Source of the DNA: Bacteroidota bacterium
GTDB lineage: Bacteria; Bacteroidota; Bacteroidia; Bacteroidales; WCHB1-69
DNA length: 64,000 nucleotides
Direction of reading: 5' to 3'
Assembly (NCBI GenBank): GCA_009786185.1
Contig: WQTS01000138.1
Coordinates: 1,652-65,651, forward strand
Part shown: one piece after another, positions 38,495-48,238 of the stretch
How positions within the stretch are numbered: position 1 is the first letter of the stretch
Layout: the number at the start of each line of letters is the position of its first letter
Translations under genes and position numbers: made by a program
Notes under the pieces: model-generated
What the model saw: only the letters and a program-made list of their open reading frames with translations
Told to the model about the DNA's origin: nothing
The model's database searches: none

Positions 38495-40315
38495 ATGGAA
38501 CAACACCCGTATTTTCAACGCAAACCCGAAACCCGCAGCCGTAAATTTTGGCGCGTAGTGTTCGGATCCATGGTAGGATTTTTCCTGTCGAACATCCTTA
38601 TTACCATTTTAAGCATCTTTATCATCTTGGGTATGGTAGCAGCAATGCTATCTTCTTCAGCTACTCCTATTAAAAGCAACTCTGTTCTTAGAATTACATT
38701 GAGTGGAAATATCGAAGAGCGAGGTGAAGATAATCCGTTTGAAAACACGGCTTGGGAAAGTTTCATGTCCACTCCCACCGGTTTGGATGATATCCTACAT
38801 TGCATTGCAAAAGCGGCTGATGATCCCAATATTAAAGGAATCAGCATTGAAATAAGACCTCCTGTTTCGGCAGGATTTGCAACACTAACGGAAATTAGAA
38901 ATGCATTGGAGAATTTTAAAAACTCAGGAAAATTTATCTATGCATACAGCGAATCTTATTCGCAAGGAGCGTATTATATTGCATCTGTTGCCGATAAAGT
39001 TTTTGTGAGCAATATGGGAAATATTGACTTGAAAGGATTGGCTTTTCAACTCATGTTTTATAAAGGGTTGATAGATAAATTAGACCTTGACGTGGATATT
39101 GTACGGCACGGAACATTTAAAAGTGCGGTAGAGCCGTTTATTTCGGATAGAATGAGCGCCGAAAATCGTGAACAAATGATGCTTTTGGTAAATGATTTTT
39201 GGAACGTTTATATAAATGATGTTTCCGCAAGCAGAAATATTCTCGTAGATTCTATCAATCTCATGGCAGATCAATTACTTTGTATAAATGCAAAAACATG
39301 CAAGCAATTACGATTGGTGGACGATATTTTATATCCGATTGAATATCAAAACTTTTTGAGAGAAACATTGGGTATAGCTGAAAATGCAAAGATTAATACT
39401 ACCACGATTAACGCTTATAAGAGAGTAGCCACTCCGAAAGCGCAAGCGGAAAATATTGCGATTATTTATGCTTACGGAAATATTATGGATGGAAGAGGTA
39501 ATGATAAAAATATTTATTCTGAAAATCTTTGCAGAGAGATTCGCAGGGCGTATCAAAATGATAAAGTGAAAGCGATTGTATTGCGTGTTAATTCGGGCGG
39601 GGGCAGCGCCATGGCTTCCGAAATGATTTGGAACGAAATTGAGCTGGCGAAAGCCACCGGTAAGCCGGTAGTTACCTCTATGGGCGATTATGCCGCCTCG
39701 GGAGGTTACTATATCGCTTGTAATTCTGATTATATTGTAGCTCAGGACAATACACTAACAGGATCTATCGGCGTTTTCGGCATGATCCCGTCGTTGCAAA
39801 GAATGTTGAAAAACAAATTGGGCATCACGCTTGATGTAGCAAAAAGCAATCCGCATGCCGATTACTTGTCAGTGGTGGGACGTCCGTTAAATGAGTTGGA
39901 AAAGAAAAAACTAATGGTTCAAATTGAAGATGTGTACGACATATTTACGAAACGTGTTGCCAACGGCAGAAACCTTCCTATTGAAAAGGTATATAAAATT
40001 GGAGAAGGTCGCGTGTGGTCGGGAACGGAAGCCAAAAAATTAGGTTTAGTAGATCAATTGGGCACCATTGACGACGCCATTGCCAAAGCTGCCGAGCTGG
40101 CAGAGCTAACTGATTACGGAATGGTTTTCTATCCCAGAAAACAAGATTTTTTCACAAGATTTTTTTCTGCGAATTTGGATTCCGAAACTAAAATAGAACA
40201 AGCATTGCAACAACAATTAGGTGACCTCTATTTTACGTATAAAGGAATTAAAACCGTAACCGAAGTTAGTGGAGTTCAAGCAAGGCTTCCTTTTGAAATA
40301 GTAATTAGTGATTAA
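38495..40315 (+). CDS. sppA: Signal peptide peptidase SppA (67K type)
   Basis: HGTFKSAVEP, LRVNSGGGSA, SMGDYAASGGYY, TGSIGVFG, GEGRVWSG. Confidence 0.92.
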   Translation: MEQHPYFQRKPETRSRKFWRVVFGSMVGFFLSNILITILSIFIILGMVAAMLSSSATPIKSNSVLRITLSGNIEERGEDNPFENTAWESFMSTPTGLDDILHCIAKAADDPNIKGISIEIRPPVSAGFATLTEIRNALENFKNSGKFIYAYSESYSQGAYYIASVADKVFVSNMGNIDLKGLAFQLMFYKGLIDKLDLDVDIVRHGTFKSAVEPFISDRMSAENREQMMLLVNDFWNVYINDVSASRNILVDSINLMADQLLCINAKTCKQLRLVDDILYPIEYQNFLRETLGIAENAKINTTTINAYKRVATPKAQAENIAIIYAYGNIMDGRGNDKNIYSENLCREIRRAYQNDKVKAIVLRVNSGGGSAMASEMIWNEIELAKATGKPVVTSMGDYAASGGYYIACNSDYIVAQDNTLTGSIGVFGMIPSLQRMLKNKLGITLDVAKSNPHADYLSVVGRPLNELEKKKLMVQIEDVYDIFTKRVANGRNLPIEKVYKIGEGRVWSGTEAKKLGLVDQLGTIDDAIAKAAELAELTDYGMVFYPRKQDFFTRFFSANLDSETKIEQALQQQLGDLYFTYKGIKTVTEVSGVQARLPFEIVISD

Positions 40316-40324
40316 CCAAAAACA

Positions 40325-40415
40325 ATTTAAGAATTTAATGATTTAAGAATTTAAAGCTATGCATTGCAAGTTTACATCATTAAATCATTAAATTCTTAAA
40401 TTTTTAAATTTTAAA
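40325..40415. repeat. AT-rich ~8-mer tandem palindrome (atttaaga/tcttaaat)
   Basis: aatttaagaatttaatgatttaagaattt ... aaatcattaaattcttaaatt; similar element at 53364-53445. Confidence 0.6.
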
Positions 40416-40420
40416 TATTT

Positions 40421-41212
40421 ATGTTTCTCAGCGCCTTTTATATCTATTTATGGGTAATGATCATCATTGCCATCGCTACCTTCATCACATTATATCACGT
40501 GGAAGCCGGTTACGGTATGTTGCGCACCGAAAAATGGGGTAAAACCATCAACAATAAATGGGCATGGTTCATCATGGAGCTCCCTATTTTCTTGGCTATG
40601 ATTGTTTTATGGCTGTGCTCGCCGCACAGATGCGACATTGTGCCGTTGGTCTTTTTACTTATTTTTCAGTCGCATTATATCCAACGCACTTTAATTTTTC
40701 CGTTTTTGCTTAAAGGAAAAGGAAGAATGCCGCTCGGGATTGTGGGCTTGGGTGTTTCTTTCAATATTTTAAATGCCATGATGCAAGGCTATTGGATTTT
40801 TTATGTGGCATACATTCAATATCCTCAGGCTTTATTTGTGCAAGCGGGCACAAGTTGGTTTTATTCGTGGCAATTTATATTAGGAACTTGCTTGTTTATA
40901 GCAGGTTACTTCATTAACCTCCGTTCCGATTATATTATCAGAAATCTACGTAAAGATCCGAAGGATACTAAGCACTATTTCCCAAAAGGCTTTATGTTTA
41001 AATATGTAACCAGCGCCAATTATTTTGGAGAACTTATTGAGTGGTTGGGTTTTGCTATCTTAACTTGGTCGGTTTCGGGATTGGTATTCTTTATTTGGAC
41101 ATTTGCCAATTTGGTGCCCCGTGCCAATGCTATTTACAAGCGTTATCAAAAAGAGTTTCCTGAGGAAATGAAGAATGGAAAGTTGAAGAGGGTAATACCG
41201 TTTATTTATTAA
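40421..41212 (+). CDS. 3-oxo-5-alpha-steroid 4-dehydrogenase (steroid 5-alpha-reductase family)
   Basis: AGYG, AWFIMELP, HYIQR, N..SD.I.RNLR, P.GFMF.YVTSANYFGELIEW.GFA, NL.PRA. Confidence 0.88.
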   Translation: MFLSAFYIYLWVMIIIAIATFITLYHVEAGYGMLRTEKWGKTINNKWAWFIMELPIFLAMIVLWLCSPHRCDIVPLVFLLIFQSHYIQRTLIFPFLLKGKGRMPLGIVGLGVSFNILNAMMQGYWIFYVAYIQYPQALFVQAGTSWFYSWQFILGTCLFIAGYFINLRSDYIIRNLRKDPKDTKHYFPKGFMFKYVTSANYFGELIEWLGFAILTWSVSGLVFFIWTFANLVPRANAIYKRYQKEFPEEMKNGKLKRVIPFIY

Positions 41213-41258
41213 GAACCTCATTGCCGTTGACTGAAGCCAACGGGCAAGAAAAATATTA

Positions 41259-42143
41259 ATGACATCCACCAAGAAAAAAATCCTGTTCATCATCAACCCA
41301 ATTTCCGGAGGTCATAACAAAGCAAAAGTTATTAGATCTATCCCTAAATTGTTGGACAAAAGCAGATTTGATATTTCGATTACGCATACAAAATGTGCCG
41401 CGCATGCTGCTGAAATTACAAAAGAAGCTGTAGAAAAGAACATTGACATTGTTGTGGCGGTGGGCGGCGACGGCACTATAAACGAGGTGGCCTCACAATT
41501 GGTAAACACGAATACTACATTGGCAATTGTTCCTTGCGGCTCCGGAAACGGCTTAGCGCGCGATTTGGGAATTTCGTTACATTATAAAAAAGCTATTCAG
41601 CAAATTAACTCGCTAAAAACAAAAAAAATAGATGTAGGCATTTGTAATGACCAATATTTTTTCAGTTTAGCCGGAGTAGGCTATGACGCCAAAGTGGCTT
41701 ACGATTTTAACCGAAGAAAAAAAAGAAGATTTTTAGGATATGCCTGGGCAATACTTAAAGATTATTTTTACTTGAAAAATCAATATTATGAAATTGAGTT
41801 GGAAAATGAAAAAATAACCGGTAAATATTTTTTTATTACTATTGCAAACTGCTCTCAATGGGGATACAATGTGAAAGTAGCGCCCGGTGCAAAATTAGAC
41901 AATGGTATGTTTGTAGTTAATTTATGCAAAAAACCTCCCATTTTTCCCATCATTTCTTTCATAATAAAAATGTTATTAGGAAAAATAAATACTTCAAAAT
42001 ATAATACATTTAAAACTTGTAGAAAAATTTTATTAACCTCAAATCGTAAGTTCTTCTACCATCTTGACGGGGATGCCAAAGGGGTTTCTCAAAAAGTAGA
42101 AATTGATATTTTACACCAAGCGTTGAATACTGTCATAAAATAA
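41259..42143 (+). CDS. Diacylglycerol kinase / YegS-family lipid kinase
   Basis: INPISG, VGGDGTINEV, PCGSGNGLAR, HLDGD. Confidence 0.88.
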   Translation: MTSTKKKILFIINPISGGHNKAKVIRSIPKLLDKSRFDISITHTKCAAHAAEITKEAVEKNIDIVVAVGGDGTINEVASQLVNTNTTLAIVPCGSGNGLARDLGISLHYKKAIQQINSLKTKKIDVGICNDQYFFSLAGVGYDAKVAYDFNRRKKRRFLGYAWAILKDYFYLKNQYYEIELENEKITGKYFFITIANCSQWGYNVKVAPGAKLDNGMFVVNLCKKPPIFPIISFIIKMLLGKINTSKYNTFKTCRKILLTSNRKFFYHLDGDAKGVSQKVEIDILHQALNTVIK

Positions 42144-42230
42144 GTTTTTAACAATTACGTTGACGTAATGAAATTTTTATATTTTTGCGAGCCAAGAAAA
42201 AAATCATTCATCATATTAAAATATAAAACA

Positions 42231-44045
42231 ATGAAAAAACTCACCTTTTTATCAATTCTTGCGCTTGTTGCGCTTATTGTAAGTAGTTGCGGATTAGGAA
42301 AAATGGTTCCTAATAACAGAATTACATTGAAACTTGAAGATCCGGACTTGGAAAATAAGGGAGGCAAAGTCGAATACGTAGTAAAAGGCACTGTTCCTCC
42401 GAATTTTATGCAGCGAAGGGCTACGGTTGACATTCAAGTACCGGTGTTCATGAACGAAGACGGTAGCGACAAAACAGAAATTAAATCTATTAAATTAGTA
42501 GGCGAAAAATCGAAAGAACAGGGTACGGTAATATCGCGTAAAAATGGCGGCTCATTCACGGTTGCCGGCAACTTCCCATTCCAAGAAAAACTTGCGAATC
42601 AGGGCATTTACGGTATTGGAACGGCAAGAGCCGGAAAGAAAGAGTTTAAATATCCTCCGCAAAAAATCGGAGAAGGTATCTCTAACACCTCTTCTCGTAT
42701 CGGAATTAATCCTACTTTGAGCGAAACTGCCGGAAGCGGAACCACTATTTTATTTGCTCCGCATGGTTATAAGGCTGAATTTGAGACGCAAACCGGTATA
42801 ATTTACTTTGAAGTTAATAAAGCCGATTTAAATTGGAACTTAAAGTTGAATAAAGACAAGCAAGCCCAAGAAGTTTTAAAAGATTTTAAAGCTTATCTCT
42901 TCAACGCGCTTGATGGTAATAAAAATATTCAACAAATTGCGGTTTATGGCTGGGCTTCTCCCGAAGGTGAAGAGTCTCTTAACCAAGGACTTTCTGAAAA
43001 ACGTTTAGCTCAAGGCGAAAAATGGTTAAACAATCAAATGGAAGAATGGAGAAAAGAGTATGCTAAGAAAAATAAGTTAAGATTGAGAGATGTTCAAATG
43101 CCGAAAGTAACTTTAATACCTAACGCAAAAGGTGAAGACTGGAGCGGATTTGAAGCAGCCGTAGAAAGGTCGAATATTAGAGAAAAAAATCAAATATTAA
43201 ATGTGGTTCGTTCGCAAACCAGCTCGGCGGCAAGAGAGCAAAAAATTAGAAATATGACTGACATCTATACCGAGATTGCCGAGATAATTCTTCCTCCGCT
43301 TCGTCGCGCTGAAATCGCTATAACTTGTAATAAAAATAATTACACTGATGAAGAAATTGTTGAATTAGTAGTGAAAGATCCTTCAAAATTAACTCTTAAC
43401 GAAAAGTTATTTGGCGCTTCTAAAATAGCTGATTTAAAAGTGAAAGAACAAATCTATACGGATATTACAAAAGATGCTGCATCACAAAATGATTGGAGAG
43501 CATATAGCAATTTAGGCGCGCTTGCTATTAATGATGCAAGACTTGCCGATGCGCAAAATTTCTTAGATAAAGCCAACGCTATTTCTCCAAATAACGGTAT
43601 TGTATTGAACAATATGGGAATTTTATATTTCTTGAAAGGCAAAAAAGATGAAGCGAGAAAAGCTTTTGAAGCTTCACAAAAAGCACAAGTAGAGCCTGTA
43701 AAACAAAATTATAACTTAGGACTTTTCAAAATTTTAGACGGTGATTTTGCAGGCGCTATCCAAGCTATGGGCAATCGTAGCTGCGATTATGGCGTAGCTT
43801 TAGCGCAGTTCATGATGAGAGATTTTGCAGCTGCAAAAACGAATCTTGATTGTGTACAACCTAAAGATGCTAAAGCATTTTATTTGGCTGCTATTATTGG
43901 TGCACGCCAAAACAATGAAAATGATGTAATTACCAATCTTCAAAGAGCTATTGAATTAGATGGCGCTTATAAAGCCGAAGCTAAAAAAGATGCTGAATTT
44001 AAAAGATTTAGAAACAACGCTAACTTCCAAAACTTGGTAAGATAA
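42231..44045 (+). CDS. Lipoprotein with OmpA-like and TPR domains
   Basis: Lipobox VSS-C; GWASPEG...N..LS..R, GEDW.GF, LP.LRRAEI; C-terminal TPRs. Confidence 0.78.
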   Translation: MKKLTFLSILALVALIVSSCGLGKMVPNNRITLKLEDPDLENKGGKVEYVVKGTVPPNFMQRRATVDIQVPVFMNEDGSDKTEIKSIKLVGEKSKEQGTVISRKNGGSFTVAGNFPFQEKLANQGIYGIGTARAGKKEFKYPPQKIGEGISNTSSRIGINPTLSETAGSGTTILFAPHGYKAEFETQTGIIYFEVNKADLNWNLKLNKDKQAQEVLKDFKAYLFNALDGNKNIQQIAVYGWASPEGEESLNQGLSEKRLAQGEKWLNNQMEEWRKEYAKKNKLRLRDVQMPKVTLIPNAKGEDWSGFEAAVERSNIREKNQILNVVRSQTSSAAREQKIRNMTDIYTEIAEIILPPLRRAEIAITCNKNNYTDEEIVELVVKDPSKLTLNEKLFGASKIADLKVKEQIYTDITKDAASQNDWRAYSNLGALAINDARLADAQNFLDKANAISPNNGIVLNNMGILYFLKGKKDEARKAFEASQKAQVEPVKQNYNLGLFKILDGDFAGAIQAMGNRSCDYGVALAQFMMRDFAAAKTNLDCVQPKDAKAFYLAAIIGARQNNENDVITNLQRAIELDGAYKAEAKKDAEFKRFRNNANFQNLVR

Positions 44046-44048
44046 GTA

Positions 44049-45083
44049 GTGGAGTTTCTTATTGATAAACTTTCTCAAAAATCCATTCTTCGTAAAGAGG
44101 AATGGATTTTTTTGCTTTCGAATAGAAATAGCAAAATTGTAGAATATGCTTGTGAAAAAGCACGACAAACTTCTATACAACATTTTGGAAATAAAGTTTT
44201 TGTACGCGGATTAATTGAATTTACCAATCATTGTAAAAATAACTGTTTCTATTGCGGCATTCGTGCCGGAAATAAAAATGCAGTACGGTATAGATTAACC
44301 AAAGAAGAGATTTTAACTTGTTGTCGTGTTGGAAACGAGCTGGGCTTCAAAACGTTTGTCTTGCAAGGCGGCGAAGATCCTTATTTTACCGATGAGAAAT
44401 TATTAGAAATCATTACGGCAATAAAAGAACAGTATCCGGATAATGCGCTTACACTATCCTTTGGTGAAAGAAGTTATGATTCCTATTTAGCATTTAAAAA
44501 TGCCGGCGTCGACCGTTATTTACTACGCCACGAAACGGCAAATCCGGAACATTATCGTCAATTGCATCCTAAAAACTTATCGGATTTGCCTCGCAAGCAA
44601 TGTTTGTTTGATTTAAAACGTATTGGCTTTCAAACGGGTACCGGTTTTATGATAGGTTCACCTTATCAAACTATTGAAAACTTGGCAGAAGACATGCTTT
44701 TTATTGCGGATTTTAAGCCACAAATGTTGGGCATCGGTCCGTTTATTCCTCATCAAGACACGCCTTTTGCGGATTTTCCGGCAGGGAGTGTGGAACTTAC
44801 ATTGTTTCTGCTGACACTTTCGCGTCTTTTGTTGCCCAATGTTTTGCTTCCTGCAACTACCGCGCTGGGTACGCTCGATCAGCAGGGACGTGAAAAAGCG
44901 ATATTGTCGGGCGCGAATGTGGTAATGCCGAATTTATCGCCCTTACATGTTCGTGAACAATACATGTTGTATAATAACAAAATAGCTACCGGCTTGGAGG
45001 CTGCAGAGGGAGTGAAAAAATTGGAGGAAAGTATGGCGAAGATTGGGTATGAGTTGGTGCATGAGCGGGGGGATTTTATCTAA
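44049..45083 (+). CDS. hydE: [FeFe]-hydrogenase maturase, radical SAM
   Basis: RGLIEFTNHCKNNCFYCG, RYLLRHET, GIGPFIPH.DTP, PATTAL, GANVVMPNLSP, Y.LY.NK. Confidence 0.88.
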   Translation: MEFLIDKLSQKSILRKEEWIFLLSNRNSKIVEYACEKARQTSIQHFGNKVFVRGLIEFTNHCKNNCFYCGIRAGNKNAVRYRLTKEEILTCCRVGNELGFKTFVLQGGEDPYFTDEKLLEIITAIKEQYPDNALTLSFGERSYDSYLAFKNAGVDRYLLRHETANPEHYRQLHPKNLSDLPRKQCLFDLKRIGFQTGTGFMIGSPYQTIENLAEDMLFIADFKPQMLGIGPFIPHQDTPFADFPAGSVELTLFLLTLSRLLLPNVLLPATTALGTLDQQGREKAILSGANVVMPNLSPLHVREQYMLYNNKIATGLEAAEGVKKLEESMAKIGYELVHERGDFI

Positions 45084-45190
45084 ACCATGATTTATTTGAT
45101 TATTAAGATTATCTTAATTTGTTAAATAAAATTCTATTTTTACACCGTTAATCAAATAACAGAAATATCACAAAAATCCCACTTCAAACT

Positions 45191-46462
45191 ATGAAATTAG
45201 ACATCCTCCTCGGATTACAATGGGGCGACGAAGGCAAAGGCAAGGTAGTAGATGTACTTACTCCGCATTACGATGTTATTGCGCGCTTTCAAGGCGGTCC
45301 CAACGCGGGGCACACGCTCGAATTTAATGGATTAAAGCACGTGTTGCACATCATCCCTTCCGGAATTTTTCATCAAGATAAGATGAATATTATCGGAAAT
45401 GGCGTAGTGATTGACCCGGTTATTTTTCAAAAGGAAATTGAATCATTGGAGAAAATGGGGTTTGATCCTACGAAAAATCTTTTTATTTCTAAAAAAGCGC
45501 ATCTTATTTTACCTACTCACAAGTGGATAGATGCGATGCTGGAAGAACAAAAAGGGGAACAAAAAATCGGTTCTACCTTAAAAGGAATTGGTCCCACTTA
45601 TACTGATAAAATTGCACGCAACGGATTTCGCGTTTGTGATATTATTGCACCTGATTTCTTAGATAAATTTGCAGTAATTTATAAGAAACATAGCGATTTA
45701 CTGATTAAAAATTCTTATAAACCGCAAGACGACATCACTACGGTTTTTACCGATTGGTTTAATGCATTGCAAACTATTTTGCGTTTCAAGTTGATAGACA
45801 GCGAATACGAGGTTAACGATTATCTAAAAGAAGAGAAAAAAGTGTTGGCAGAAGGCGCACAAGGCACGCTTTTGGATGTTGATTTCGGCTCCTATCCGTT
45901 TGTAACCTCCTCTACTACGGTGGCGGCAGGCGCTTGTACCGGCTTAGGCGTGGCGCCGAACCGAACCGGATGCGTAATCGGCATTGTGAAAGCTTATTGT
46001 ACTCGCGTGGGAAGCGGGCCATTCCCCACTGAATTGTTTGATGAAACCGGAGAGCAACTTCGCAAGCAGGGGCACGAATTTGGCTCTACTACCGGACGCG
46101 CCCGCCGATGCGGGTGGCTTGATTTGGTGGCGCTGAAATATACCATTATGATTAACGGTGTTACGGAAATGGTGCTCACAAAAGCCGATGTTATGGATAA
46201 TTTTGATACCATTAAGATTTGCACCGCATATCAAATAGGAGAAGAAACCACCGATCGTTTCCCTACTGAAATAAACGCAGATATTAAGCCTGTCTATAAG
46301 GAATTTAAAGGCTGGAAGCAGAATCTTTCAGAAGAAAAGGATTACGAAAATTTACCACAAGCCTTTAAAGATTATGTGGCTTTTATTGAAAAAGAGACCG
46401 GAATTCCCATTAGTATTGTGTCTACAGGTCCTGATAGAAGTCAAACTATAATTAGAGCGTAA
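45191..46462 (+). CDS. purA: Adenylosuccinate synthetase
   Basis: QWGDEGKGK, GGPNAGHT, EGAQG, EFGSTTGRARRCGW. Confidence 0.97.
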   Translation: MKLDILLGLQWGDEGKGKVVDVLTPHYDVIARFQGGPNAGHTLEFNGLKHVLHIIPSGIFHQDKMNIIGNGVVIDPVIFQKEIESLEKMGFDPTKNLFISKKAHLILPTHKWIDAMLEEQKGEQKIGSTLKGIGPTYTDKIARNGFRVCDIIAPDFLDKFAVIYKKHSDLLIKNSYKPQDDITTVFTDWFNALQTILRFKLIDSEYEVNDYLKEEKKVLAEGAQGTLLDVDFGSYPFVTSSTTVAAGACTGLGVAPNRTGCVIGIVKAYCTRVGSGPFPTELFDETGEQLRKQGHEFGSTTGRARRCGWLDLVALKYTIMINGVTEMVLTKADVMDNFDTIKICTAYQIGEETTDRFPTEINADIKPVYKEFKGWKQNLSEEKDYENLPQAFKDYVAFIEKETGIPISIVSTGPDRSQTIIRA

Positions 46463-46602
46463 TGAAAAAAAAATGGCTCATTCTTAGTACAATACTCTTA
46501 TTGATTTGTTTACTGGCTTCGTGTGCCTCTTCTAAAAATAGTGCGCCGAAATATAAAACGAATCCTAAATATAAAAATGTGGGGGGATGTGGGTGCAGAT
46601 AG
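46462..46602 (+). CDS. Small lipoprotein, 46 aa (not in ORF track)
   Basis: ATG overlaps purA stop (TAATG); MKKKWLILSTILLLICLLAS-CASSKNSAPKYKTNPKYKNVGGCGCR*. Confidence 0.7.
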   Translation: MKKKWLILSTILLLICLLASCASSKNSAPKYKTNPKYKNVGGCGCR

Positions 46603-46645
46603 ATAAAGAATGCGATATTTGCCGCCTCTTTTAAACAAAAATCTT

Positions 46646-47524
46646 ATGACAGCTTTTGTATTTCCGGGACAGGGCGCCCAGTTTGTTGGAATGGGTAAAG
46701 AATTGTATGACAATTACCCAGAAGCCAAAAAAATGTTTGAAAAAGCAAACGAAATTTTGGGTTTTTCTATCACCGATAAAATGTTTTTTGGCACAGATGC
46801 CGATTTGAAAGAAACGCAAATCACACAACCTGCCATTTTTCTGCACTCGATTATTGTGTGTAAAATGTTGAATGAAGGCATGATTCCTGATATGGTTGCC
46901 GGTCACTCCTTAGGCGAGTTTAGCGCTTTGGTAGCCGCTCAAGCGCTTTCGTTTGAAGATGGTTTGCGCTTGGTGTCGCAGCGCGCCAACGCCATGCAAA
47001 AAGCTTGTGTACAAAATCCTTCAAGTATGGCGGTGGTGATAGGTTTTGACGATGACAAAGCGAAAGCCATTTGCGAAACGATTGATGAGGTAGTAGTGCC
47101 CGCCAATTATAACTGCCCTGGGCAATTGGCTATTTCGGGAACTTTCAAAGGATTGGAATTAGCCGGCGAAGCGATTAAAGCCGCTGGTGCCAAGCGCGTG
47201 CTCATGCTGAATGTGGGTGGCGCTTTCCATTCGCCGCTGATGCTGCCTGCACAGGAAGAGTTGGCACAAGCTATTGAAAAAACTGTTTTCCAAACGCCAA
47301 TTTGCCCTATTTATCAAAACTATACCGCACAACCTGAAACTGATCCAGAAATCATCAAGAAAAACTTAATACTACAACTCACCGCACCGGTGCTGTGGAC
47401 TAAAACCATTCAAAATATGGTGAAAAATGGAGCTACAAAATTTGTAGAATTTGGTCCCGGCGAAGTGCTGCAAGGATTGATTAAAAAAATTGAAAGTGCA
47501 GTGGAGGTAACAGGTAGAAAGTAA
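46646..47524 (+). CDS. fabD: Malonyl-CoA:ACP transacylase
   Basis: FVFPGQGAQ, TQPA, GHSLGE, GAFHS. Confidence 0.95.
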   Translation: MTAFVFPGQGAQFVGMGKELYDNYPEAKKMFEKANEILGFSITDKMFFGTDADLKETQITQPAIFLHSIIVCKMLNEGMIPDMVAGHSLGEFSALVAAQALSFEDGLRLVSQRANAMQKACVQNPSSMAVVIGFDDDKAKAICETIDEVVVPANYNCPGQLAISGTFKGLELAGEAIKAAGAKRVLMLNVGGAFHSPLMLPAQEELAQAIEKTVFQTPICPIYQNYTAQPETDPEIIKKNLILQLTAPVLWTKTIQNMVKNGATKFVEFGPGEVLQGLIKKIESAVEVTGRK

Positions 47525-47526
47525 AA

Positions 47527-47610
47527 CTCTGTGATTCTCTGTGCTTACTCTGTGGTTCTCTGTGAAAAATAATATTACACACAGAGTAAGTACAGAGAAC
47601 CACAGAGAGA
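47527..47610. repeat. Palindromic element built from ctctgtg / cacagag units
   Basis: Four ctctgtg units followed by three (c)acagag units. Confidence 0.7.
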
Positions 47611-47626
47611 AACCCAATAATTTAGA

Positions 47627-48217
47627 ATGATACGTTTCTTTGATACAATATTTTCGTTTTTAGGGTTAATTATTCTATCGCCATTTTTTATAATCATTGC
47701 ATTGTTAATTGCTTGTACTTCTCGTGGCAACATTTTTTACACCCAAAGCCGCGTTGGAAAACAAAATAAAGATTTCACACTTTTTAAGTTTCGTACGATG
47801 AGCATCGGCGCCGATAAGAAAGGCTTACTCACTGTAGGAATGAAAGATGCACGCATTACCAAAGTAGGAGGTTTTTTACGAAAATATAAATTAGATGAAT
47901 TGCCTCAACTTTTTAACGTGCTGAAAGGAGATATGAGTTTGGTGGGTCCCCGTCCGGAAGTACGCAAATATGTGGATTTGTATAGCGACGAACAAAAACG
48001 TGTGTTGGAAGTACGCCCGGGCATCACCGATTACGCGTCTATTGAATATTTTGACGAAAACAGGATTTTGGCACAATCTGACAATCCTGAAAAACAATAT
48101 ATTGAAGAAATTATGCCTCGAAAACTTCAATTGAATCTTCGGTATATTGAAAATTGTTCGGTGAAAGAATACTTTAGGATTTTGTTTTTAACGATAAAAT
48201 CTGTGTTTATCTGTTAA
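47627..48217 (+). CDS. Bacterial sugar (phosphoglycosyl) transferase
   Basis: FKFRTM, LDELPQL.NVLKGDMSLVGPRPE, RPGIT. Confidence 0.92.
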   Translation: MIRFFDTIFSFLGLIILSPFFIIIALLIACTSRGNIFYTQSRVGKQNKDFTLFKFRTMSIGADKKGLLTVGMKDARITKVGGFLRKYKLDELPQLFNVLKGDMSLVGPRPEVRKYVDLYSDEQKRVLEVRPGITDYASIEYFDENRILAQSDNPEKQYIEEIMPRKLQLNLRYIENCSVKEYFRILFLTIKSVFIC

Positions 48218-48238
48218 ATCTGTGTCGTCTGCGTGTTT

